Shown here: piece after piece, positions 25,968 to 37,421 of the stretch | How the letters are laid out: the number at the start of each line of letters is the position of its first letter | Position numbering within the stretch: the stretch's first letter is position 1 | NCBI RefSeq assembly: GCF_964355755.1 | Contig: NC_092674.1 | Span: forward strand, 6,076,001 to 6,140,000 | Direction: 5' to 3' | Source: Antedon mediterranea | Lineage: Eukaryota; Animalia; Echinodermata | Length of the DNA stretch: 64,000 nucleotides | The notes under the pieces: generated by a model | Told to the model about the DNA's origin: nothing | Databases searched by the model: none | The model's input: the letters and a program-made list of their open reading frames with translations, nothing else | Made by a program: the position numbers and the translations under genes

Positions 25968-26884
25968 GGAATGCCAGTTTAGGCGATGATAAAATCGCGT
26001 TGATGATGCAATGAAAATTGCGTCGATGTGATGAAAATTGCGTCGATGAATATAGTATTGATGTAATGATGTGATGAACATTGCGTCGATGAAAATTGCG
26101 TCGATGTAATGAAAATTGCGTTAATGTGATGAAAATTGCGTCGATGAAAATTGCGTCGATGAAAACTGCATCGATGAAAACTGCATCGATGAAAAAAAAA
26201 AAAATTTTCATCGATGCAGTTTTCATCGATGAAAATTGCGATCTCCCTGCCGGTATGATTTGAATATGATGTCATGGATGCTGGACATCTGAATTTTATG
26301 TACTGAACTGGTGGATTAACGGAAGCAATTAGCTAGAAGATATAATGTGTCCGAAAGGACAATAATGGATCCATTGCTAAAATGTGTTGACAATAAATCA
26401 CTAAAATGTTAATCAGTGCATATATTTCAACATTGTTTTAGTGCGCGCTCACTGTGCGCTTGTCTATAACGCGCGCTAGATAGCGCAAGCGGTAAACATG
26501 TTTATCATATCAAAATATTCAGAAACCGTCAATTTTTAGCAACATAATAACATTATTAACATCATTATTAACATCATCATTTACTTTACTAGTAGTCATT
26601 TTCATCATTGATTGAATTAAAACCATTTGGAATTTTCATAATCAATTAAATTCATCACATCAATTTTCATCGATGCAGTTTTCATCGACGCAATTTTCAT
26701 CGATGCAGTTTTCATCGACGCAATTTTCATCGACGCAATTTTCATCGACGCAATGTAAATTGCGTCGACGCAATCTACATTGCATCGACGCAATCTACAT
26801 TGCGTCGATGCTATTTTCATCGACGCAATTTCATCATCGACGCAATTTTTATCATCGCCAAAAACTTGTGTAAAACGGCGTTCC
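25968..26884. mobile_element. Inner foldback element with inverted arrays of the 15-mer TCGATGAAAATTGCG
   Basis: ggaatgcc...ggcgatgataaaa on the left and ttttatcatcgcc...ggcgttcc on the right; 15-mer arrays at ~26010-26240 and inverted at ~26660-26850. Confidence 0.7.
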
Positions 26885-27514
26885 ATAAGTGACGAATCGC
26901 ATATTCGCCCTTTATTGTTGAGGCGCGTAAACAGTGTGCGCAATGCACGTTTTCTTCCCATGACGAGACGAATCGATATTCGACTCTTCGTGTGACGAAT
27001 AATCGCCAAATTATAATTAATATAATTAATTAATGAAATAAGATATGCAGTTGATGTTTGCATCAATTGTTCTTTAGAATAAATACTTTCGAAATACAAA
27101 ACAAAAAATGTGTGGTGAGTGACGATATGTTCAATCATGGACCTATAAATTACTAATTTATAGGTCCATGATTCAATATCTGTAGCTTCAATTCAAACAT
27201 AATGTAACAGAAAATTCGAAGCGTAAAAAACGTTCGTTTACACAACACTTTTTTAAATACTTTATTATTGATTATTATATTATACAGGAATACTATTTAT
27301 TTCCTCATTTCTACCCAAGAATAAACAATTTTTGGATACAAAACTTTATGCATGTGAATTACATTACCAAAATATTAAAATGACGATAAAAAAACATCGC
27401 GTAAAATACTCGTACTCAAAAGCTTCTGAAATTTGTAGATATATGTCATGAAAAAGAAATTTGACATTCCCAATAATTTTTTTTGGCAAAAATGTAATAT
27501 ATGAAACATACAAT

Positions 27515-29310
27515 TTACATAGTTTATCATTGTTTTTTATTAGAACCAATATGGTTACACAGTTAAACATAGTGATAAAGAATAGATACTTGTTAGGTTA
27601 CTACCCTACCCTCTAGTTTGAAGCGACATTATAAATTCATCGAGAAAAAAAACGTATCGTATTCAGAAACGTTTGACATTTTGTATAGATATGTTCAATA
27701 AGACAAAACAAATTATAAATTTCAAGACAAATCGATGATTTCCATTATTTGCATTTCTAAAAATTCACACTAATGAAAGACCATACATTTTCAACATTTC
27801 CTTTTTTCTGTGTACCGAGTTTAGAAACTTTTTGAATACCAGACGTATTTTTTTGTGATGCTTTTTCATTTGAATTGTAGTATAAAATGTCATTGAAACG
27901 AGATAAAAATCATACAAGACATGTTATAATAGGTTGCTCTATATACATAACAAAATTAGTTCTTTTTTTTTGGGTAAGAATCGCCAATGAAGTAGAAAGT
28001 TATTTCAGATGTAGTGTGCATTTATACGTCATTAATAGTAGGCCTAAAATATAATATTAAATATTATAAAGAATATCAAACATTTTATGTTATGAAAAAT
28101 AAAATTTACATATAAGTTTATCATTGTGTTTTACTATAACCATTTTGGTTAAAAGTTAAACACAGTGAGTGATAAAGAATAGAACTGTTTTAGTTTATTT
28201 AACCCTAACCCTAGTTTGAAGCAATCACATATTTAATATTCATCGCTAAAAATACGTATCGTCTTGAAAAACGTTTGATATTTGGTAGATATGTTCAATA
28301 TAGGTTCTCTTACATCTATAATGCAAAAGAAATATCCTAATAGTTTTATTTTGATTTCTGAGAATCATCAATGAAGTAAAAATGTGTTGGAAATGTACTG
28401 TCTTTCATAAGTGTAAATGTTTAAAAATGCAAATTATTAAAATCACGAATTTGTCTTGAAACTTTTATTTTTTGTTTGTTTTATAGACGTAAGAACCTAT
28501 TGAACATATTTACCAAATTTCAAATGTTTCTGAATACGATACGTAGTTTTTCGCGATGAATTAAGTATGTGATCGCTTCAAACTAGGGTTAGGGTTATAT
28601 AACCTAAAACAGTGTCCATTCTTTATCACTGTGTTTAACTGTGTAACCAAATTGGTTCTGTAAAACAAGATGATAAACTATGTAACTTGTATTTATTATT
28701 ATTACATTATATGTATCCTATAATGTAATATGAAAAATAAAATGTACATAGTTTATCATTTGTGTTGTACTAAAACCAATTTGGTTAAAAGTTAAACACA
28801 GTGTTAAAGAATGGAACTGTTAGGTTATTTAACCCTAACCCTAGTTTGAAGCGATCACATACTTAATTCATCGATAAAAAAAATACGTATCGTCTTAAAA
28901 AACGTTTGAAATTTGGTACATGTTCAATATAGGTTCTTACATCTATAATGTAAAAGAAATATCATAATTTGTTTTATTTTGATTTCTGGGAATCATCAAT
29001 GAAGTAAAAATGTGTTGGAAAATGTATGGTATTTCATAAGTGTACATTTTTAGAAATGCAAATTATTAAAATCACGAATTTTTTGTGAAATTTATATTTT
29101 TTGTTTGTTTTATAGACGTAAGAACCTATTAAACATATCTAACAAATTTCAAAAGTTTCTAAATACGATACGTACTTTTTCGCGATGAATTTATTATGTC
29201 GCTTCAAACTAGGGTTAGGGTTATATAACCTAAAACAGTATCTATTCTTTATCACTGTGTTTAACTGTGTCACCAAATTGGTTCTGTAAAACAAGATGAT
29301 AAACTATGTA
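27515..29310. repeat. Two tandem ~600-bp inverted-repeat modules plus one inverted half module
   Basis: Modules ~28110-28685 and ~28745-29308 each have ~210-bp arms (aaccctaaccctagtttgaagc / gcttcaaactagggttagggtt). 27515-27800 is a reverse-complement partial copy. Confidence 0.8.
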
Positions 29311-29419
29311 ACTTGTATTTATTATATTATTACATTATATGTATCTTATTCTTTTCATAACGTTTAGATAATAAGATATGTTTAATATAATATTTTGCTA
29401 TGTAAATAATATCATATAA

Positions 29420-32400
29420 TAAATGTTTCATTATCATTGTGTTTTACTGTAACCAAATTGGCTATAGTAAAACACAATACTAAATTTGTATGTAAATGTA
29501 TCATATTATTATATGTTTCCTATTCTTTATTTGTGTTTTACTGTATCCAGCACAGTGCTAAATATCATTTATCATAGTTAAAATGTTTTACTCTAACCAA
29601 ATTGGTTATAGTAAAACACAGTGATAAATTACTATGTAAATGTCATTTATCATATTATTAAATGTTTCCTATTCTTTATCATTGTGCTTTACTCTAATCA
29701 AATTGGTTATAGTAAAACACAGTGCTAAATTTCTATGTGAATGTCATTTATCATGTTATTAAATGTTTCCTATTCTTTATCATTGTGTTTTACTCTAACC
29801 AAATTGGTTATAGTAAAACACAGTGCTAAATTGCTATGTAATGACATTTATCATATTATTAAATGTTTCCTATTCTATATCATTGTGCTTTACCATAACC
29901 AAATTGGTTATAGTAAAACATTGTGCTAAATTGCTAGCTATGTAAATAATCATTATTATTAAATGTTTCCTATTCTTTGTCATTGTGTTTTACTCTAACC
30001 AAATTGGTTATAGTAAAACACAGTGCTAAATTGCTATGTAATGACATTTATCATATTATTAAATGTTTCCTATTCTATATCATTGTGCTTTACCATACCC
30101 AAATTGGTTATAGTAAAACATGGTGCTAAATTGCTATGTAAATAATCATTATTATTAAATGTTTCCTATTCTATATCATTGTGCTTTACCATAACCAAAT
30201 CGGATATAGTAAAACACAGTGATAAATTGCTATGTAAATGTCATTTATCATATTATTAAATGTTTCCTATTCTATATCATTGTGCTTTACCATAACCAAA
30301 TTGGTTATAGTAAAACACAGTGCTAAATTGCTATGTGAATGTCATTTATCAAATTATTAAATGTTTCCTATTCTTTATCATTATGTTTTACTTTAACCAA
30401 ATTGGTTATAGTAAAACACAGTGCTAAATTGCTATGTAAATGTCATTTATCATATTATTAAATGTTTCCTATTCTATATCATTGTGCTTTACCATAACCA
30501 AATTGGTTATAGTAAAACACAGTGATAAATTGCTATGTAAATGTCATTTATCATATTATTAAATGTTTCCTATTCTATATCATTGTGTTTTACTCTAATC
30601 AAATTGGTTATAGTAAAACACAGTGCTAAATTTCTATGTGAATGTCATTTATCATGTTATTAAATGTTTCCTATTCTTTATCATTGTGTTTTACTCTAAC
30701 CAAATTGGCTATAGTAAAACACAGTGCTAAATTGCTATGTAATGACATTTATCATATTATTAAATGTTTCCTATTCTATATCATTGTGCTTTACCATAAC
30801 CAAATTGGTTATAGTAAAACATTGTGCTAAATTGCTAGCTATGTAAATAATCATTATTATTAAATGTTTCCTATTCTTTGTCATTGTGTTTTACTCTAAC
30901 CAAATTGGTTATAGTAAAACACAATGCTAAATTGCTATGTAATGACATTTATCATATTATTAAATGTTTCCTATTCTATATCATTGTGCTTTACCATAAC
31001 CAAATTGGTTATAGTAAAACATGGTGCTAAATTGCTATGTAAATAATCATTATTATTAAATGTTTCCTATTCTATATCATTGTGCTTTACCATAACCAAA
31101 TTGGTTATAGTAAAACACAGTGCTAAATTGCTATGTGAATGTCATTTATCAAATTATTAAATGTTTCCTATTCTTTATCATTATGTTTTACTTTAACCAA
31201 ATTGGTTATAGTAAAACACAGTGCTAAATTGCTATGTAAATGTCATTTATCATATTATTAAATGTTTCCTATTCTTTATCATTGTGCTTTACCATAACCA
31301 AATTGGTTATAGTAAAACACAGTGATAAATTGCTATGTAAATGTCATTTATCATATTATTAAATGTTTCCTATTCTATATCATTGTGTTTTACTATAACC
31401 AAATTGGTTATAGTAAAACACAGTGCTAAATTGCTATGTAAATAATCATTATTATTAAATGTTTCCTATTCTATATCATTGTGCTTTACCATAACCAAAT
31501 TGGTTATAGTAAAACACAGTGATAAATTGCTATGTAAATGTCATTTATCATATTATTAAATGTTTCCTATTCTATATCATTGTGTTTTACTCTAATCAAA
31601 TTGGTTATAGTAAAACACAGTGCTAAATTTCTATGTGAATGTCATTTATCATGTTATTAAATGTTTCCTATTCTTTATCATTGTGTTTTACTCTAACCAA
31701 ATTGGCTATAGTAAAACACAGTGCTAAATTGCTATGTAATGACATTTATCATATTATTAAATGTTTCCTATTCTATATCATTGTGCTTTACCATAACCAA
31801 ATTGGTTATAGTAAAACATTGTGCTAAATTGCTAGCTATGTAAATAATCATTATTATTAAATGTTTCCTATTCTTTGTCATTGTGTTTTACTCTAACCAA
31901 ATTGGTTATAGTAAAACACAATGCTAAATTGCTATGTAATGACATTTATCATATTATTAAATGTTTCCTATTCTATATCATTGTGCTTTACCATAACCAA
32001 ATTGGTTATAGTAAAACATGGTGCTAAATTGCTATGTAAATAATCATTATTATTAAATGTTTCCTATTCTATATCATTGTGCTTTACCATAACCAAATTG
32101 GTTATAGTAAAACACAGTGCTAAATTGCTATGTGAATGTCATTTATCAAATTATTAAATGTTTCCTATTCTTTATCATTATGTTTTACTTTAACCAAATT
32201 GGTTATAGTAAAACACAGTGCTAAATTGCTATGTAAATGTCATTTATCATATTATTAAATGTTTCCTATTCTTTATCATTGTGCTTTACCATAACCAAAT
32301 TGGTTATAGTAAAACACAGTGATAAATTGCTATGTAAATGTCATTTATCATATTATTAAATGTTTCCTATTCTATATCATTGTGTTTTACTATAACCAAA

Positions 32401-33311
32401 TTGGTTATAGTAAAACACAGTGCTAAATTGCTATGTAAATAATCATTATTATTAAATGTTTCCTATTCTTTATCATTGTGTTTTACTCTAACCAAATTGG
32501 TTATAGTAAAACACAGTGCTAAATTGCTATGTAAATGTCATTTATCATATTAAGTGTTTCCTATTCTTTATCATTGTGTTTTACTTTAACCAAATTGGTT
32601 ATAGTAAAACACAGTGCTAAATTGCTATGTAAATGTCATTTATCAAATTATTAAATGTTTTCTATTCTATATCATTGTGTTTTACTCTAACCAAATTGGT
32701 TATAGTAAAACACAGTGCTAAATTGCTATGTGAATGTCATATATCATATTATTAAATGTTTCCTATTCTTTATCATTGTGTTTTACTCTAACCAAATTGG
32801 TTATTGTAAAACACAGTGATAAATTGCTATGTAAATGTCATTTATCATATTATTAAATGTTTCCTATTCTATATCATTGTGTTTTACTATAACCAAATTG
32901 GTTATAGTAAAACACAGTGCTAAATTGCTATGTAAATAATCATTATTATTAAATGTTTCCTATTCTTTATCATTGTGTTTTACTCTAACCAAATTGGTTA
33001 TAGTAAAACACAGTGCTAAATTGCTATGTAAATGTCATTTATCATATTATTAAGTGTTTCCTATTCTTTATCATTGTGTTTTACTTTAACCAAATTGGTT
33101 ATAGTAAAACACAGTGCTAAATTGCTATGTAAATGTCATTTATCAAATTATTAAATGTTTCCTATTCTATATCATTGTGTTTTACTCTAACCAAATTTGT
33201 TATAGTAAAACACAGTGCTAAATTGCTATGTGAATGTCATATATCATATTATTAAATGTTTCCTATTCTTTATCATTGTGTTTTACTCTAACCAAATTGG
33301 TTATTGTAAAA
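29420..33311 (+). repeat. ~100-bp satellite, right array (~39 units) with higher-order structure
   Basis: Unit aaatgtttcctattctttatcattgtgttttactctaaccaaattggttatagtaaaacacagtgctaaattgctatgtaaatgtcatttatcatattatt. Confidence 0.97.
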
Positions 33312-33699
33312 CAGAGTATATTTTACTTCAACAACATCGCCGCAAAATTGTTTATACGTTTATTTTGATTGGCTAACTAAAGTACGGTCTAATGAATATT
33401 GATATCAGAAGATTCCCTAGCTTAGTGAAAAAGTTTTATTACCAAAAATATGCTGATTACGTCACTACCGGAAGTTGTAGTCTAGCATGATGCAGACGCA
33501 ATTGATTATGTACGTTTGTTAAACATATAAAAAGCTGTAAATTACCACAAAACGACAATAGGAAAGAATTCAAAGAAATGTCCTACGTGTTCAAAATCAT
33601 TGTTTTAATATAGTCTGTATGTATAACTAACAATTGACCTTGTGGAAGAGCGTATAAATTTAATTTAAAGTAAAACATGATTTACTCGCCAATTTGGTA

Positions 33700-33880
33700 T
33701 TGGATATATAGCTCACATTTCAACACATGGCAAAGGTCAACTTTGTCGTCTGCTCTTCTTGTTTTAACTTCCAGGTTAAAGTTAAACAACACCCGGATGT
33801 GAAGAGGTGGCCCATCACTTTTCTGTTTTTACGTACTGAGAATCCTCAAGTTGCTGAGTCGTGGCCTAGCTAGTAAGATT
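33700..33880 (+). promoter_or_regulatory. Probable arfaptin promoter / non-coding first exon
   Basis: CpG-richer patch, ETS-like ccggatgt and a candidate donor ta|gtaaga near 33873. The first coding exon has an acceptor (aacag|37409) just upstream of its ATG. Confidence 0.35.
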
Positions 33881-34366
33881 GTTATTATGGTGTATCTCTC
33901 TTTATTATATTAATGTTTCATTTCTCTGCTACTTCTTAATGAAGAAAATCATAAATTTAGCTGTAAATACAGTTAAATATCAATGTAGAGCTCGGCCGGG
34001 CTGGAGGTAGCAGCCTGGCGGCGGCGCGCAGCGGTAGCATGACTCATGAGACCGGACCATGTCCGTGTCTCTCTCTCAGCAAAAAGAGTAGGCTGGTCAC
34101 GTACGTCTGCTTTCTGATGTGCTGATGAGAAAGTGGGTGGTGAATATAGTTGATTAAAAATATTGCCTATTTAAAAACTTGTTTATTTTATTCCAGTTTG
34201 CTATTTTTCAAATGTAAAATTGTTAAATGATAAATATTATTATTCATTGATCATATCATGTGTACTGACTGAGCTGCTCTGTGTGTGGAAATTGGATATA
34301 CAGTATTTTATTTTTATATGTTGTTCCATTTCGACTGTCCATAGCCAGTGTTAATCCAACACCTTA

Positions 34367-35595
34367 GGCCAAATAAAAAAAAAGACTTGTTAAGCGTCAC
34401 ACCCTCATAAATTTTCAGGGGCGGGGGGACGGTTTTTTTTTTTTTTTTTTTTTACTTTTTCTGGAGGTATAATTTTGTGCGATGGACGTTTTGGCCCACT
34501 TTTTTTTAGGACGAAACGTCAAACTTTTAAAATGCGAAATAGAACAAAATTGACTATGTATGAAATATTATTGCCGATGACAAAATTGAGTTTTGTATTG
34601 TTTAAATCCAGACGTAATTAAAACATTAAATTTAATTGCCACCGAGCGAAATTGTAGGCCCTAGGCTAATCCGTCCAAACTGCCACCCCCGCCTCACTCA
34701 TCGGCCATGGTCCGCCGTCTCTCGCTCGACTCATCTATCTAGGAAATTCCCTATCGCGAGAAGCATGATGTTGGTCTCAATAATACTAAATAGTGGGCTG
34801 ATTTTGAAAACGGCTTACGGCATTTCTTAAGTGAATTTTTATTCAACGTATTCATTCTTCTTTGATGAATCCTTTGCCAATTGCTGTGTAAATCAGTATT
34901 TAAAGTTGTGATGAAACGCATCGCCGGGCCCATCGCCCAACAGGACCCCGTGGTGTGCCGATCTCGAGCGCGAGATCATCGTAAACAAAATTGGTAGAGT
35001 CCATTATGTATGGGGTGTTTCCTATTTACGAACCTATAAAAAACGCGCTTCGACCACTGTGTAGGCAAAATATTTATTTCGTTAAATCCCTAAATTGATA
35101 ATCGTGTATTCTGTAATCACGTGACTGATGATGTAATCCTCAGCGACGTACTAAATGCACATGATTTAATGTGTTGGGGAAAAAGCTTGCTGTTTACCAC
35201 ATTACATGATTCGCGGTGCTATTCGCGTTTCCTTGACGTAAATCGGCGGCGTGTAAATGAAACAATTGTTTTCACCAAATTGCCGTTGTCGACATAGAGC
35301 GATCGGTGGCTAGCTAGCGTGGCTAAGCTAAGAAGTACAGTACGTATTTTTCAAAAATTACACCAGCCTAGCAAACATTTGCTAGTTTTGAAATTTTCAA
35401 CTAGCAATTATGAAGAATCTACTAGCAAAATGCTAGTTTGCTAGCGTGAATTTTGAGCCCTGCTCTGGAGCTGGGCCGGGCCGCTGAACTTTCCGTTGTA
35501 TATGGGTAAAAAAAAAAAAATAAAATAAAAAGAGAGGCGGCTGGATAATCAGGAGCGGGCGGTGACGCTTAACAAGTATGTTTTTTTATTTGGCC
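34367..35595. mobile_element. Zator-like non-autonomous DNA transposon
   Basis: tta|ggccaaataaaaaaaaagacttgttaagcgtcac ... gtgacgcttaacaagtatgtttttttatttggcc|tta; TTA TSD and GGCC termini. Confidence 0.75.
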
Positions 35596-36866
35596 TTAGT
35601 GCAATATTTGATACTTCATACATACAACAATGAGCAGATACATTAAAAAAACTGCATGTGTCAGAAGAAGTGTACCACTTCGTAACTGTAATTGTAAATT
35701 CCATGCATATTTTTGCAGAGTTATATTTAAGTGGAATTTAGACGATTGCTTTTTAAATTGAAGAGTAGTGTGTATACCAGACAAATAACAACGTTATAGA
35801 TAATATAAATGATGTAGTTTCTTGTCAAACTTGACGATAGTGAGGATAATGTACTGTGTGTTGTATTTATGTTTTTTAACCATCAAATTTTGCCAAAACT
35901 ATCTTTTTTTGCATATATGTTTTAGATCAATACCAGCACTTTATAAACAATCTTAAAATTTACATTCTATAAAGATAATTATCATAATAGACATACAAAC
36001 TAAATATACAGAAAGTATATATTATGTATTAAATGTATACCGAGGTGTACAGTAATTTCCCAAATGATCATAAACGTATTATTAAAATTGAATGAACTAC
36101 ATAATCCTTCGTTCAATATACATAGAAATATTGATAAACAAGAAATATTTCTTACAAAAAACACCGCTCATATCACGATAACTATTTTTATATGCATTTC
36201 AATATTTACTGTATCAGCAAATGATTTCAATTTCATAGACTCTTTTTTCCTAGACGTGCTTTGGGGTGTACACATGCCTAGTCTGAGTTTTCAATATCCA
36301 TTTTTTCAGCTGTAACTATAAGCTCTACCGCATGATAACTGTTTCCTAATGATTCCGTTGTCTTGAATATAACTGCCTAAAGGAGCGGCGCTAAAAAGTA
36401 CTGTTGAATTTCACCTATGGTTTTACAATTTTCCTTTTATAAAAAGGAATAATGCCCCTATTATTTAATGGTTTTGTCTTGCAATTTTAATTTATGAGGA
36501 TGACCTTTTTTTAACTGTACATATTTTTTTCAACTTTAAACCAATTATTCTTTAAATTATTATTGAAATTGTGAATGTTGATCAGAAATCTAAACAAACA
36601 GTTGGTCTAATAGAGCTACAAAGTACATATTTACCAGCCATTAAATTCAAACAAAACACATGTTAGAGGTTCACGTCGTTCACATGTGACCTGGCATCAT
36701 GTTCTGATTGTTATCAATATTTTTATTGACATACACAAAGCCTTACAAATTAAAATTAACAATAGGAATAATATGAATATTTAAATTATTAATATTTTTC
36801 ATTACATTCATCGTTAAAGAAATAAATCAGAAATAAAACAGAAATACTTGTTGTTTTCTATTTTAA

Positions 36867-37093
36867 AGCTCTGTCTACACAATCAAACTAGTTTGACAAA
36901 AAAAAAGTCTAATGTGCCCAAATTTGGTAGTGATATACTTTAAATATGATAATGATATGCTTAAATATGGTAGTGATATGCCCAAATATGGTAGTGATAT
37001 GCCCAAATATGGTAGTGATATGACATCATCATGTCCATATTTGGGCACTACACATGGTTTTGTCACATAAAGTTTGATAATGTAGACAGAGCT
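36867..37093. mobile_element. MITE family A copy with expanded internal ~21-bp repeats
   Basis: TIRs present; aaatatggtagtgatatg repeated internally. Confidence 0.85.
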
Positions 37094-37421
37094 GTAGACA
37101 TGAAGGATTGATTCTTTAGTTAATTTCAATCCGTAGTATGTTCTACAATAGAGTTCTGTCTATAAATAAAGCCATAGAAATAAAAAACATAAATAAATAT
37201 CAGGGCTTAATAGTAAGAAAAAAAATGAGGATATTATTTGGGATTGTGTTATTGTTAGCTTTTCACGGAGAGGTTGATTAAACATTAGGCTTTGTGTATT
37301 ATGTATGACATTGATTGCATGGATGAATTATTGTTTGAAGTATGTGATTGTAATTAGGTTTTTATTAAATTATGCTTATTAATATTTATTTTCCACTTTC
37401 AACAACAGAGTATAGTAGCAA

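Larger units (their letters stand above)
24551..33699. mobile_element. ~9.15-kb foldback-type composite non-autonomous element
   Basis: Terminal IR taccaaactggcgagtaaatcatgttttacttt / aaagtaaaacatgatttactcgccaatttggta (one mismatch; the outer TA may be the TSD). It encloses oppositely oriented satellite arrays and no transposase ORF. Confidence 0.75.

Noticed and set aside
25951-27138. ORFs with ASMKI/IDAIF/SSTQF repeats (up to 173 aa)
   Set aside because: Translations of the 15-bp repeat, open in several frames on both strands.
28200-29222. (TAACCC)2/(GGGTTA)2 as interstitial telomere sequence linked to nearby RAP1
   Set aside because: Only two units per site, embedded in repeat arms; no evidence of a link.
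29741-31827. Three near-identical 62-aa ORFs
   Set aside because: By-products of the satellite's higher-order repeat, with no protein-like features.
29420-33311. Regular repeat arrays as CRISPR (also 640-1390 and 12299-13112)
   Set aside because: Units are contiguous with no unique spacers, there are no cas genes, and the context is eukaryotic.
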